Assembly (NCBI RefSeq): GCF_009914755.1
Contig: NC_060928.1
Origin: the human T2T-CHM13v2.0 reference genome, Homo sapiens
Direction: 5' to 3' (one strand)
DNA length: 64,000 nucleotides
Shown here piece after piece: positions 1-13,449 of the stretch (positions are counted from its first letter, which is position 1; the number at the start of each line of letters is the position of its first letter). Below the pieces are notes generated by a model. It was not told where the DNA came from. It searched no databases and saw only the letters and a list, made by a program, of their open reading frames with translations. The position numbers and the translations under genes are program-made.

Positions 1-322
1 AATAAATGTTTGTCCGATTGAATCAAATGACAGTTACTTGAAAACAAGATCTAGTATGAGTTTCAGTGGTGTGAAAACATCAATAACAACATTAATGGGT
101 TAAAGAATATAGGAGAGGTTAGCACAGGTTTGTTTGCTAGTGGAAATGCTCTAGTAGAAAGAGAAAGATTGATGATAGGAGAGTGATGAAAGATAAGCAA
201 AGAAGTGGGCAAACAATTCCAGGAAATATATAACTGTCCAATGTTTCAATTTAGCAGCTTCACCCAACTACTTCTAGTTTAACCTTATCCATGGTTCTGG
301 AATGCAATATTCCTATGATCCA

Positions 323-472
323 GAGTATTAGGGTTCCCCAAAAAGACAGAACCAATAGGACATATACATATGTATGTATGTGTGTGTATATATCTATGTA
401 TGTATATAAAGATATATGAAAGGACATTTATTATGGGAATCAGATCACACAATATAGAGGCTGAGATGTCCC
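323..472 (-). mobile_element. MLT2-type (ERVL) LTR fragment
   Basis: gtattagggttcccc..agacagaaccaatagga-(TA/TG-rich)-atttattatgggaat..gaggctgagatgtccc matches the reverse-complemented MLT2 3' end. Confidence 0.7.
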
Positions 473-639
473 TCAAAAGGCCATTCATTCATATGATAGC
501 TCCATTTTTCATGATAATCCTTTATTTTGATATAACAAAACATGACTGGTTCCTGTTCCTTACAACCCAAGAATACTGACTCCTAACCAAAAAATAATTC
601 AGCAGTAAATTGTTTATTCAGGACTCCAAGTGCTCTAGT

Positions 640-953
640 ACAGCATCACCCAATAAAGCCATAAAGTAAGCAACATATGTAATTTAAAAATTTTTAGAGA
701 TATATTTTTAAAAGTAAGATGAAACTGTTGAAATTAACTTAAGAATATATTTTATTTAGGCCAATAAATTCAAAACATGATCACGTCAAGAAATCAATAT
801 AAAAAATTAATGAGTTATTCTACAGTGTTCTTTTTCTACTAAGTCTTTGAAGTCCTGTGTGTATTTACACTTATAGCATATCTCAATTTGGATACATCAT
901 ATCTAAAATATTCAATAGCCACATATGGACAGTAGCTGCCATATTGGGCAGGC
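640..953. mobile_element. MER33 (hAT-Charlie MITE)
   Basis: Near full-length match to recalled MER33 consensus, e.g. ctaagtctttgaagtcctgtgtgtatttacacttatagcatatctcaatttgga and caatagccacatatgg..atattgggcag. Confidence 0.8.
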
Positions 954-1251
954 TAGTTCCAGAAGCTCAAACAGGGGAGAGACAAATGCGCATATAATAA
1001 AATGGAGACCAGATGGGTTTGGCTTTGGCTATCTTTGTGAAAGCAGCATGAGAAGACGCAGAAAGATAATCTATTAGGGAGAGTGGAGAAACGGAGGATA
1101 GTTTTAGAATAAACTAATGAGAAGCATGAAGCACTCCACCAACTTAATCCAAATCTTTAGCCATTATCACAAAGAACATCGCTAGATAATCTCCAGTGTA
1201 GGTACACATCTTTCCCTGAAATGGATTTCAACTTCAAAAAGTGGAACAAAC

Positions 1252-1310
1252 ATTAGGTTTTTGCAAATGTTAATTGCAAAAACTGTAATTACGTTTGCAC
1301 CAGCATAATA
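1252..1310. mobile_element. MADE1 (Hsmar1-derived MITE), internally deleted
   Basis: attaggtttttgcaaatgttaattgc/aaaaactgtaattacgtttgcaccagcataat resembles both MADE1 TIRs (ttaggttggtgcaaaagtaattgc..gcaattacttttgcaccaacctaa). Confidence 0.65.
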
Positions 1311-2369
1311 TTTATCACCGTCAGTGAATTTAGAACCTCTCAAAACCTGTTATTTGCTCTTTTGCGAGACTTTTGTGTTCTTTCCAAGTTAGAGGCCAGT
1401 GATAATCTCTTTCATTGACTTAACCCAAGAACGCCCAGGAAAAGGAAATAGAGTTGTTCCCAATGTCATCATTTTTCTGAAAAAAAAGTTGCTATATTTC
1501 AGTCTCAAAATGAGAAGCATCTCTAATTAATATGCTTCCCCTCACCTGACTGTTTTGTGCGAATCCTCAGAATGTTTCTGAGGATCTGAATTTATTTACT
1601 GGAAACGGGTGGGTTTAATGAGCTAGCATTTATAAGGCCTTCTTTTCTCCCTCTTAGTTTTCCAGGAAATACAGGGTCTGCATGATGGAGTAGAGGTACA
1701 TAAAAAAAAAAAGTGCAGCATCTTGGGAAGTTTTGCTGCTGTTTGTACCTGGTCAACAGCCCAGTGATCAGGTGGTGTCAGGCCTCCACCCTCTAGTGAG
1801 CACATCACAGGCAGGAAGAGGAACATGTCTTAACTGTTTTTATCCTCCCAATGCAATATTTAGCATCTTCATTTATTAAGTAATCAATAAGAGTGGAGGG
1901 AGTGAATAAATAAATGAACAAATGCAGCTCTTCCCCCAGAAGAAAACAAGCTGCAACCTGGTATCTGAGTTTGCTATGGTCCTTTCCTCTGTGATGCTAA
2001 GTCTCAAGGAGAGTAATGGGACAGAAACACACATCTGCAAGTAACTATTCATATGAAACCTATTATCTCTAAGGGCCATTGAGAAATTTCACAAAGCCAC
2101 ATAGTTCCTTGACTTCCTTCCCAGATAAACATGGATGGGCATATAACCCTGGTACTCAGCATCTCTTCTGCCTGCTTAATTGGCTTGAGCATCCACATAT
2201 GCATGAAAATATGGGCACACTCTTGCCCTCTCCTCATTTCTTCAGTAATTTAAAATCAATCATTTGGCTTGATTCTCCAAGACTTAGCAGCTGAGGAATC
2301 TTTGAATCAGTTATTTCATGCAGCTTAGCATTCTGCCCAAATCATCATACTCTTTTAGCAACTGTATAA

Positions 2370-4517
2370 TGCATTCTTATTATCTGTATTCACTATGCTA
2401 TCCAATTGATCACAAAGAAAGAAGGTACTTATTCCTTCTGATACTTTGTATCCTTCGATTATAATATCCCACCTACCCCACTCCCCAGCCTCTGTAACCA
2501 TAATTCTACCCTTTTATTGTTTTAGATTCCACATATAATGAGAAGATGCAGTATTTCTCTTTCTATGCCTGGCTTACTTTATTTAGCATAATGTTCTCCA
2601 GTTCCATCCGTTTTGTCACAAATGACAGAATTTCCTTCTTTTTAAGGTTGAATAGTATTCCATTGTGTTTATACACCACATTTTCTTTATCCATTAATAT
2701 GTTGATGGATACTTAGATTGATTCCATACTTGGCTATTGTGAATATTGCTACAAAGAACATAGGAGTACAGATATCTCTTTGACAAACTTACTTCAATTT
2801 TTGGGGGGTAAATACCCCGAAGTGGAATTGCTGGATCATATACTAATTCTATTTTACTTGATCGAGTGTGCTATTGAAGCTTTCTATTGAATTTTTCATT
2901 TCAGTCATCATGCTTTTTATCTATAGAAGTTCTATTTGTTTTTTAATTATTGCTTCTTCTTTGTCAAACTTCTTGCTTTATTCATGCTTTCTTTTACAAG
3001 TTACAGTTAATATTTGAACCGTATATTCTTATAGCCCACTTAACTTCTTTAAAAGGATTATTCTAATTTTTTGTCAGTTATTTCATAGATCTCCATTTAA
3101 GATCCATTATTAGAACTTTATTTAGTTTCTTTTAGAGGTGGTATGAGTCCCTGATTCTTCATAAGTCTTGTGTCCTTTCACTGTTGTCTGTGCATTTGAG
3201 GAAACAGCCACCTCTTCCAGCCTTTACAAGTGTTCTCTGGCATGGGCAGACCTTCACTATCTGTTCTAGCCTATAATTCTGGAAGGGCCAGCTGGTGACA
3301 ACCCTGGGCAGGCAGAACTTGTTGTGGATTATCTAGTTGGCTGGACCACTGCCTTTGCTCTGATGTTGGTGGGGCTGCTGACTGTGCTTCACTGTCTGGT
3401 GAGATCACTGACTGAGCTCTGTTATCAGGCAGAGCTGCTAGCTGGATACTGTGATGGCTTCTAGTCAGGCTAGCCACAGAATATGTTCTCTGGTTAGGTG
3501 ATTCTGCTACATGAGATCTATAGTTGAGTGGTGCTATAGGCTAGGTTCTGAAGTTAGGAAGATTAACTGCTTGGCACAAGCAAGAGCAGAGGCAATGTTC
3601 CTTAGAAACTCATATTTCAGAATTGCCTCCCTGTCTGGGTGGAGCCATGGGGTGGGCTTTTGGCTGGGTCAAGCTGCTGTTTTACCCTCCCAGGTTGAGC
3701 AGGTCTAGTGACCACGCTTCTCCAAAATGTCAAGAGGTAAGCATAACCCTTCCTGGATAGGTGATTGGTTGGCTTTTTTGGCTGAGCCACATCACTTTTT
3801 AGACTATTGGGTCAAGAAAGTCTAACCTTTCTGCTTCTCTGAAATGGGTAGGGAAGGCATTTCCCTGCCTGAGAAGGGTAATTGAGGTGGGCTTTATGGC
3901 TGAGCATCAAAGTTGGCCATCCAATTGATGGGAAGTCCAAATCAAGCCAGACTGAACTTCGCAACACACTTCTGAAAGTGACCTTCTCATCTTTGTAAAT
4001 GAGCTATGCAGTGGGCTTGTGTCTCCAAGTGAGCACCACAGCTGGCAGGAACACAAAGGTACCACCAAGACCCACACACTAGTCACCATGAACTTTGCCT
4101 CTTTTGTTTCTGCCTCATCTCTGATGGTGTAGCCATGCCATTACTTGCAGTATTCCCCGTGAGGTGAGATTGGCATGGGCTTCCTGGGAAGCATCTTGGA
4201 ATGCTAGGAAAGCTGGGATGACATCCTCCTGTTCTCTTCTCCCCTGTAGAAACCATGAGCCCAGGGCGATCCTCTTTGTCTGGTATTTTTTCTGACTTAG
4301 AGGAGGAGAATGAGTGGCACAGTCAAAGTGAGACTATTCTTTTTATCCTCCTAAGTTTGTTTTCATTCAGTTCTGTGGACCACACAGCTGTCTTGAGCTT
4401 GTTTACAAGTATTGGGGTTTTCAAAAAGATGTTGTGGTCTGTGGGTAAGTTGCTAGCTTCTGTGGAAGGCAGTGTAGCCTGGGACTTCCTATTCTTCCAT
4501 CTTGCTTATGTCACTCC
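2370..4517 (-). mobile_element. Old L1 (L1MA-like): 5'UTR and partial ORF1 joined directly to ORF2 end and 3'UTR
   Basis: 2370-2855 is a typical antisense L1MA 3' end. 2856-~3200 is ORF1-like. The element ends in a sequence whose reverse complement is ggagtgacataagcaagatggaagaataggaagtc, a typical L1M 5' terminus. Confidence 0.7.
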
Positions 4518-5909
4518 TGTCTTGTCTATTATTGTGGCATTGTAGTGCTCCCCGATAATCCAATCCCAGTTATACTCTAAAAAAATGCAGTAAGAGAGAC
4601 TAAGAAAATCATGTACTTAGTCTATTCATTTATAGGTGGAAGCTTCAGGCACATTTAAGAAAGTATAAAGCAAAAAATAAAATACTGTGCTTAATTGTCA
4701 ACACTGTCTCTGTTCCTATGAAGCAAGTTGAACCAGAGTCCTGATATTCTCCACGTCTTAAAGTTCAGATGAGTTGCCCCATTCCTTGCATGAGTTCAAA
4801 ATAAACAATTTGTAATAGATTGTTATAAATTGCTTAGTATAAAACTTAGTATACTAAGCTTACTATAAAAACTGAAAAATACATAAGATGTTATCTGATG
4901 CATCTAAGAACACTGTTTTTTTGGTTTTAGGGTAGAATTTTTGCTTGTTTTTTGGCTTTTGTCTTTTGAAACAGGCAGACTTCATGTTTTATGGACTCCA
5001 TTTGCAGAATTACTTGCCATTCCTGGTGTGGTAGTAATTTGGTTCTTTTCTAGCACCATCACTGAAATGAAGTCTGCTGCCCTGTTTTGTTTCTTCTTTT
5101 GTACTGACTAGACGCATATTGACCACTATTTATTAACTCTTTGATCTTTTTTATTTTTGAACATATGGTCAGGACCTTGCCAGTGCCCAGAATGACAGGC
5201 TGAAATTCTAGTAGGCTCAGGCCCATGTGATAAAACTGCTTTGCTCTGGGAAAAAGTAAGTGTTGGGCAGAACAAAAGCTGGTGCATATTAAACACGCCC
5301 ATCATTGGGAGAGAATGTGCTTTCCTGAGCATCTATGAACATAGGACTGCTGCCTCTCCATAAATGCAAGGGACCCTCCATGAAAGTCTTATTCTATCAG
5401 AGACTTGGATGATCCAAATGTCGCCAAATATAGAATTCAGAAGCTGCCCTGACTTAAGGGAATCTATTTCACAAGTAAAAATGTATTTAATTGAACCTGC
5501 TCTCTGTTCTTATTTTCCATTTTATGTGCCCCTTGCTTCTTCTAAAACAATATCTGCACGGAACTTTATTCCAAAAGAAATTAAATCATCTATGCCCCCT
5601 GCTTACATTTCAACAAGCCTAGTTTCTCTTAATGGCATTTAATGACCATAATATGTACTTTTGAAAAAAAAAAAAAGTCAAGCACTTTTATTGAGCAAGA
5701 ATATTGTTTATTGAGTTTTTAATACGACTTTGCTCAAAACTCTGTACTCTGTAGTGCTAATTTAACAAATCTCCAGCACTTTGTTTTCCAAGCTTAGAAT
5801 AATGCTTAGAATGTCCAATGCACCTCTGAAAACAGTTCTAACTTCTGGAAAACAATAGCGGTTTCTGTGGTCATTGATGAAAGGTAATAGGATAGTTAGG
5901 GTGATTCTA

Positions 5910-6080
5910 GCCTAGCCATAGGGACTGAATCTGAGTCTGAATCAGCCACTAGCTGACTTTAGGTAAGTCACTTCTACTTCTCTGAACATCATTTCATCTG
6001 TAAAATAGAAAAAAAAATGGTAGACCTATGTGTCAAATAAATTGTGTGAGAATTAACTGTGTAGAATTGTGTGTTCAATT
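5910..6080 (+). mobile_element. MIR fragment
   Basis: Core tgactttaggtaagtcactt..ctctgaacatcatttcatctgtaaaat..ttgtgtgagaattaa. Confidence 0.65.
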
Positions 6081-6095
6081 ACATAAAGAAATTCA

Positions 6096-6482
<387 letters not shown>

Positions 6483-6754
6483 TTACTTGGACTGGAGTAA
6501 CTCTTTATAAATTATCCTTCCTTGGCTCTACCAAAAGATTCTTGGTCTCAAAATTTAGAGATAATGTTTTCTTCCATTTACACAAGCATGAAAGTAGAGA
6601 ACTTTGACCTGTAGCATATTTCTACAACCTAAGCCTCGATTTACTTTTGCTCGCCTTTGTGGTACAAACAGCCCAGCAGGCTGTGTGCCCAGCCCTGTGT
6701 AAAGCAGTATCTTGCACTGCCTCGCCCTCATGGTCCTCCATCTCCTCCCCCTCC

Positions 6755-6850
6755 CTCATCACTGCCACCACAGCTATCACCAACTGCTGCTACCACCATC
6801 ACTGCTGTCACCACTGCCACTACCGCCACTACCTCTGCTACCACCACTGC
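6755..6850. repeat. Degenerate (CAC/CAT/TGC/TAC)n triplet low-complexity tract
   Basis: catcactgccaccacagctatcaccaactgctgctaccaccatcactgc.. with 3-nt periodicity. Confidence 0.8.
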
Positions 6851-8018
6851 ATCTAAAATTCTTCCTGATCCTGATGTCTTTATCACTTCACCTACTGGAA
6901 AAGCCCTTTCCCTGTGCCCTTGCCCTCCATCTCCTCTTGTCTAGATCCACTGTAGAAAGTGAAAAATGAACCTTACATCCAAAGCTTTTCCCCTTTCATA
7001 CTTTCTTTGTTTCTGGCCACCATGGTCCACATCACCACTCCCCAACCCAGGTTGATATTTATATTTTCTCCAGCAATTTATACTTACATATTCATCCTTC
7101 TGAAAGATCAAGGGATAGCCAGAGTTTGAAATGTCTTGACCTTTTATTTAACTCCTGATAAGAACCTCTGTATTCAGAAATGTGACTATTGCTCAAACAG
7201 TACCTGAGGTTACAGTTATAAAGAGATTAGTAGCCAGACTTTTTATTTACTTATTATTTGGGGGAATCAAATAAGGTGATGTTGGGGATAGAATTGAAGG
7301 GATGGTGACTTTTAAAATTTTGCCTGGGGCCTGAATTTCAACTTTTTTTTTTTTTTTTGCCATACCAGGCAAAGAACATAGCTCTGTATTTTAGCTCCTC
7401 TGTTTATATGTGGAAATTGATTACTATGTTTATCTATTGTGTGAGAATTAACGTGCTGACATTTTCAGTGTACATTAAATTCCTGAATTAAAAATGGTAT
7501 TACTTTAACAGCTTCTATACATAGGCAAATCCTGATTATATGGGTCCCCTGCTTCATTCTCCCCAGTGCTCAGGTCACAACGAAAGGGACCTGCACTTGT
7601 ATGGAAGACACTTTTACCCACAGGAGAACCTATCTCAACCCTGTTGAAATTCCATTTTGGCATTTAGAAAAACCCAGAGGATGAGTTATTTTGATATTAT
7701 CAAAGCAAAGACAAAAGAAGTTATGTGGAATTTACCCAAAAGAGCTTGGAATATTTAGAAAACTATTCGAGGAGATTAATACCACAGCCCCATCAATTAA
7801 CAAAACCATGTATGTATTGTATTGCCGCATTTTACAGCACAGATGAAAGCTGATGCAATTGGCTCTTTTTCCTGCCAGGGATAGCTTTCCATACCCTGAG
7901 TGTCTGCAAGCAATTAAGTGGTATTTACCTCTACTTCTCACTAAACAATTGTTAATGAGAAGAATGACAAGAAGTAGGCTAGGTGCACCTTCGGCATTCC
8001 AGAGAAAACCTGCATGAG

Positions 8019-8038
8019 TGTCTGTCTGTCTGTCTGTC

Positions 8039-8090
<52 letters not shown>

Positions 8091-8092
8091 TC
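8019..8092. repeat. Compound (TGTC)n-(TC)n microsatellite
   Basis: Directly visible. Confidence 0.97.
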
Positions 8093-9980
8093 TTCTTGAG
8101 TCTCAAGGGATTTCGGCCTGTAAGGACTGAACTGTATTATAAGTCTCTCTCTGACCTGGATACATGAGTGTTTTTGTTATATTCACCTGCACCGTAAGAC
8201 AGTAATAAATGTCAGTTGCTAAGAGGAGATGAAAGGAAAAGATTCCCAAAACAGATTTTAAGGACATTTCTGGTTTCTTAAATCAGTGTAATAGAATGGC
8301 TTATTTAGCAGATGGAGAGAACGTTTTCCCTCGTGTTGACCTTTCACTGGTCTTCAACTTTACCACATCAGTGAAGCAGCTTGTTCTATACCCAAAGGAT
8401 CTCTCTTTTTAGGGTAATTCTTCCAGGAAAGAAGTCTAGTGTCCTTACTTGAGTATATTTATGTCAAATAAATATTTCATACTTTTGTAACATATATGTT
8501 AGAGAAAAGCAACAAAACAAAGTGAGGCTATCATAACAGAATGGGGTGACCCTCCATGTCCCTCTTATTTGTACACTTTTGATTTCAAGGCAATTCTGAA
8601 GAAGATTCTTCGCTTTGATACTCTCTCCCCAAGAGGAATAGAGTAGTGGCTTTAGTCACTATGCCTTTCCTAGACATTATTCCTAGACATTGCATAGAAA
8701 AGTCCTAGTTACCAAATAAGGTTATTCCATTTCAGAGACTGAAAGTGTTATTAAACTTTCTGAGTTAGTATGTTCTATCAAAAGTGAGGCAAAAGTTTAT
8801 TTATATTCTTCTAGAATACCATATTTAGATTAAAGGAGTAGATATACATTCTCCCTTCAAAAATCAGTCTTTGTTCAAGAAATACTTTACAATTACAGAC
8901 TCTTTCAGTCAAACATTTTAGGAATCAGGTGAATTGAATATTTTGCCAAAGGCAGTAAACCCTCAGAATAGAGCTCAAATGAGGCAAGTCTTCCTCATTT
9001 TTGGTTCTTCCAAATCACTTCAGTACAGTGGAGCAAGTTGGGTCTAGAATTGGGTCTGAGAGAGGCAGGCAGGCAGGTAGGGATGCACCACTTCAGCCAC
9101 TTAGCAAAACTGCTTCCCTAAAATCAGGTATTTTTCTCTAATTTTAAACTTTAATGATTTTTAATTTATTTGAGAAAAAACCCCTTTTCAGTAGAAATTT
9201 ATGAGGACTCCAATATAGAAAACAGATGAAAGGAATACTTTTGAATATACAGTTATTTTATAATTTTTTATTTTTATAAGACTTACTGTTAGTTGATCAG
9301 TAAAATCATACTGATTAATGTGTCAGTGGCTTTCATTATGCTAAACTTTGGTACTTCACATGTTGTGTGTGCATTCTGATTTTTTAATTTTGTTAAAATT
9401 CACTTTTGTAATGATGTTCAAGTCAAATCTTTATGAAACCACTAAAGCCCTTTTTAAAGTTTTTGCCTAGTTATTGGGTGAAATACATGACAGAGAGATT
9501 CAAAGATGAAAGAAAATGATGTGTTTTCACCTTCTGACTACCAGAAATTAAAAATGTCTCATATAAAAAAATTTTTCCCAACATCTTATTAGCAAATAAA
9601 AATAGAGTAAAATTTGCTCGCTATAAAAGGATTTCTCACATTATAAAGGAATCAGAAAACACCTTTACATGGCATTTTTAAGTGGCTTATAAATCATTAA
9701 ACATTCATCAGAGAGGTTACATGCCAACCAGAAATTAAAGCAAATCTAAAGTTGTAAGACAAAAGTAGCAGGTGGAACCATCTAAATGTGATTGTTATAT
9801 GAATTTTCTAAAAGGAGGTAGAGGTTAAACTGCATAAGTGAGTTGTTTTGTTGGCTGGTTTATATTTAACTATGCAAGAGAGGACACCAGTGGAAGAAAG
9901 ACGACTTCAAATGTCTTTAACCTACTGCTGAGATGTACTAGTGAAATGCAGCAAGCTCATGTCCAACAAGGAAATCAGGG

Positions 9981-10348
9981 TGTATTAGTCTGTTCTCATG
10001 CTGCTATAAAGAACTGCTTGACACTGGGTAATTTATAAAGGAAAGAGGTTTACTTGACTCACAGTTCTGCATAGCTGGGGAGGCCTCAGGAAACTTACAA
10101 TAGTGGTGGAAAAGGAAGTAAACACATTCTTCTTCACATGGCAGCAGCAAGGAGAAGTGCTGAGCAAAAGCGGGAAAAGCCCCTTATAAAACCATCAGAT
10201 TTCATGAGAACTCACTATCATGAGAACAGCAGCATGGGAGTAACTGCCCCATGATTCAATTACCTCCTACCAGGTCCTTCACACAACGCATGGACATTAT
10301 GGGAACTACAAGATGAGATTTGGGTGGGGACACAGCCAGACCATATTA
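9981..10348 (-). mobile_element. THE1 (C/D-like) MaLR solo LTR
   Basis: tgtattagtctgttctcatgctgctataaag..gggacacagccagaccatatta; 5-bp TSD caggg on both sides. Confidence 0.93.
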
Positions 10349-10832
10349 CAGGGCATCACCTAGAGCTCAGCACTTGTTAGGTATCAAAGTGCTGCTTGCA
10401 ATTTCCATTTGCAGTCTGATCCTCAGGAAAAGAGGTCATTGTGCATAATACAAGCAAAGTGGGCCTGGTTCACAGGTCTGGTCAACATCTGTGTCTCTGC
10501 TTTCATGCACTTCTTTAGATCTCCAATGTTAACCCAGGTCTGTGCAGTGTTTGAGAGAGTCAAAGCAATCCTTCTATGGACTTTGACCTTTTCTGGGTCT
10601 CATTCAAATTCCATTCTTGTTCACCTGAAGAAATCATGGGCTATATCAAATTGAAAGCCAAATGATTGGTTTATGCCCACATGTTTGCTTTTGATGATGA
10701 ATATCTTTTAAGCCACAAGTTTCTATTAAATAATTTGATGTGGTTCACAAATGAAATATAATTCAAAAATATAAAACTTAAATCTCCACAACTGAATCAC
10801 ATATTTTAAATTGAGTGGATCTCTCTCTTTCT

Positions 10833-10870
10833 CACACACACATACACGCACACATGCACACACACACACA
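10833..10870. repeat. Imperfect (CA)n
   Basis: Directly visible. Confidence 0.9.
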
Positions 10871-10912
10871 CGCTTGCCTTCAGAGAATAATATAATTTCG
10901 GTTTTCTCTGGG

Positions 10913-11208
10913 TTTTTTGTTTGTTTGTTTTTTCTTTGAGACAGACTTTCGCTCTTGTTGCCGAGGCTGGAGTGCAATGGCGCGATCTCGGCTCACTGCA
11001 ACTTCTGCCCACCCTGGTTCAAGCGATTCTCCTGCCTCAGCTAGGATTACAGGTGGCTGCCACCAATCATGGCTAATTTGGTATTTTTAGTAGACACGGG
11101 GTTTCACCATATTGGTCAGGCTGGTCTTGAACTCCTGACCTTAGGGGATCTGCCTATCTTGGCCTCCCAAAGTGCTGGAATTACAAGCATGAGCCACTGC
11201 TCCTGGCC
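10913..11208 (-). mobile_element. AluS (Sq/Sp-like) with a small internal deletion
   Basis: T-rich tail then gagacagactttcgctcttgttgcc..gagccactgctcctggcc; short deletion after cctgcctcag. Confidence 0.96.
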
Positions 11209-13449
11209 CAGTTTTTTCTTTTTCAGTTTTCAAAGAAAGTCTTCTGCAAGGTGGGTGGTTGTGAGATCTTGCCCACATAAGTTGATAAATTCCCAAAGAA
11301 TGAAAAGAAACAAGTTTCAGAACTACTATCTTATTTTTGACTTTGTAGTTTCTGACCTCCTTAAAGGGAGAAACAGATGAGAGCTGGGGCCTAGTCATTG
11401 TGAGGATACAGAGCTCAACCATTGCTATAATCACTCAAGAAGGAGGAATTAATGAGGTTGAGTCTGAGGTCTAGGATTCAACCCCCAAACTTTCAACTGG
11501 GAAACTGGGGAGAGTGGGGCTCACCAAAGGCTCCTATGATGTAGGAGGAAGTTCCATGTTCAGGACATGCTGCCCTCACCCTCCTATGTGCCATTTTATC
11601 ACCATTGCCGCTCCATCATCACACTGCCCCCTAATCCTTGATACTTAATGACTCAATATTAGAGGTAGGTAGAAAATATTTTAAGGCCACAATATGAAGC
11701 CTTGTTTATGTGGTTTTCCATGTTTCCTCTCACTTCTCCCATATCTGAGGGCAATCTCTTTTATGTTCATTCATCTCTCCTTATGAAATAACTCTTCTGG
11801 CAGTAATTGCAGCACAAAAGTAGCTTTTTCCATTTGCTCCCAACCAAATCTGGTTATTTTTTGGCCTTAAAGGCACTCAAGGAAAATCTCTTTCCTTGTA
11901 AATCTCTTTTCTCCATGTTTTACTTAGAATCTTCACTCACAGATATGACAACACTTTGCTATGATTACATTTTGAAGTAATCCCAAAATGTACAAATGTT
12001 ATACCAAATGGAAAGGCACACAATGCAAACTACTGTCATAAATATTTTATTCTAAATTGTTTTTCATGAAATATGAATATGGAACCCTCAAAAAATGGCT
12101 CTTGGATAAAATAAAAATGCAACATGCTTTTTTTCCTCTAGTTACTTATGAGGCATATTAAAACTTTAAAGATTCTGAGGAGTCCGACAGTAAAGAAACC
12201 TTCTTAATTTTATATAAGGCATTGTTTCCTAAATTTGTTTGAACAAAGAAACCACAGAACATAGAAAAATGATGATGTAAAACAATCTAAGAGAGTTTGT
12301 AAAACTTTCTTTTTGAAATTTATTGAAGGGTTATTCCCTAATCTTTTGCAACCAGATTTCTATAATATTGTCCTAGTTCTTCTGTGGTTGAGAGAAGCAA
12401 TATGGCCCTAGCAATTAAGACAAAGTGGAGAAGAGGAAGCCTAGAATTCTGCTCCAGATTGTGCTGCCCATTTGTTCCATTTATCTCTGGCTCTGTTTTT
12501 CCACCTTTTTTTGCAGCTATCTATAACTAGTAGAATTGGTTTCTACTATAGTTGCTAAACATATTTATGCAATATGAAAATATGACTGATCCATATATAA
12601 ATGATAAATCAAAACAAAGAAGACCATGGTCAGGATTGCCTAATTCATTCTTTTTCATTCATAAGGATACATTAGGGAACAAAATTTCTAATACATAATC
12701 TATACATTCAGAAAGCAAGCATTTCTGATATTAATACTATTTCTGTCTCAGATGTAAAAGAGTATAGTTCTAAGGTTCTGCAAGGATACATTTAATCACA
12801 CATATATGCCCCGACCCCGACCGTGTGTGCGTAAGGAAGTGAGTTAAAATAAAAGAATTCTGTTTTGAGAGCTGTAAAATCATCTACATTGATTATGTAA
12901 GATAATCAGCCTACCAGAAAAATTACAGGTAGAGCATCACACATATTATTAATATGTGCAAAATATCTACTTCACAAAAGATTTACTTTACAAACATTAT
13001 TTATCTCCAGAAGCTATCAAGGTTTAACTTTGTATTGTTATGCCAAAACACAAGATCATATCTAGGACTTATGCATCCAAATCACCTTTGTCCCTGTACT
13101 TGGCCTCAGGCAATTGGTAACAACAGATTGGGTCAATGAAACTTTCGAATCGAAACTATGAAGAAAAGTGGTCAACAGTTTTGACATTTCTAGTGAAAAC
13201 AATTTACACCTGCAAAATTGCTTTAAAATAATCAAAAATTAACCCCCAATGTTTAGCTCTGGATACAAATCAGATTTAAAGAACCACAGGGAAATGAGCT
13301 GTGCTTTTGTTCATCTTCATCATTGTCTTGCTTGTGTGAACAGGGAAAGCAGGAGTGTGTGGTCTGAAACAGAGTGGGAGAAAAAGGTCCCAGAGACATT
13401 CTTGACCCCCTTCCACTGGAAATGTGATTATAGAATGCCTTTTTAAAAT

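Noticed and set aside
7732-8106. 124-aa ORF with ERERER run
   Set aside because: Product of the (GA)n microsatellite with a non-ATG start
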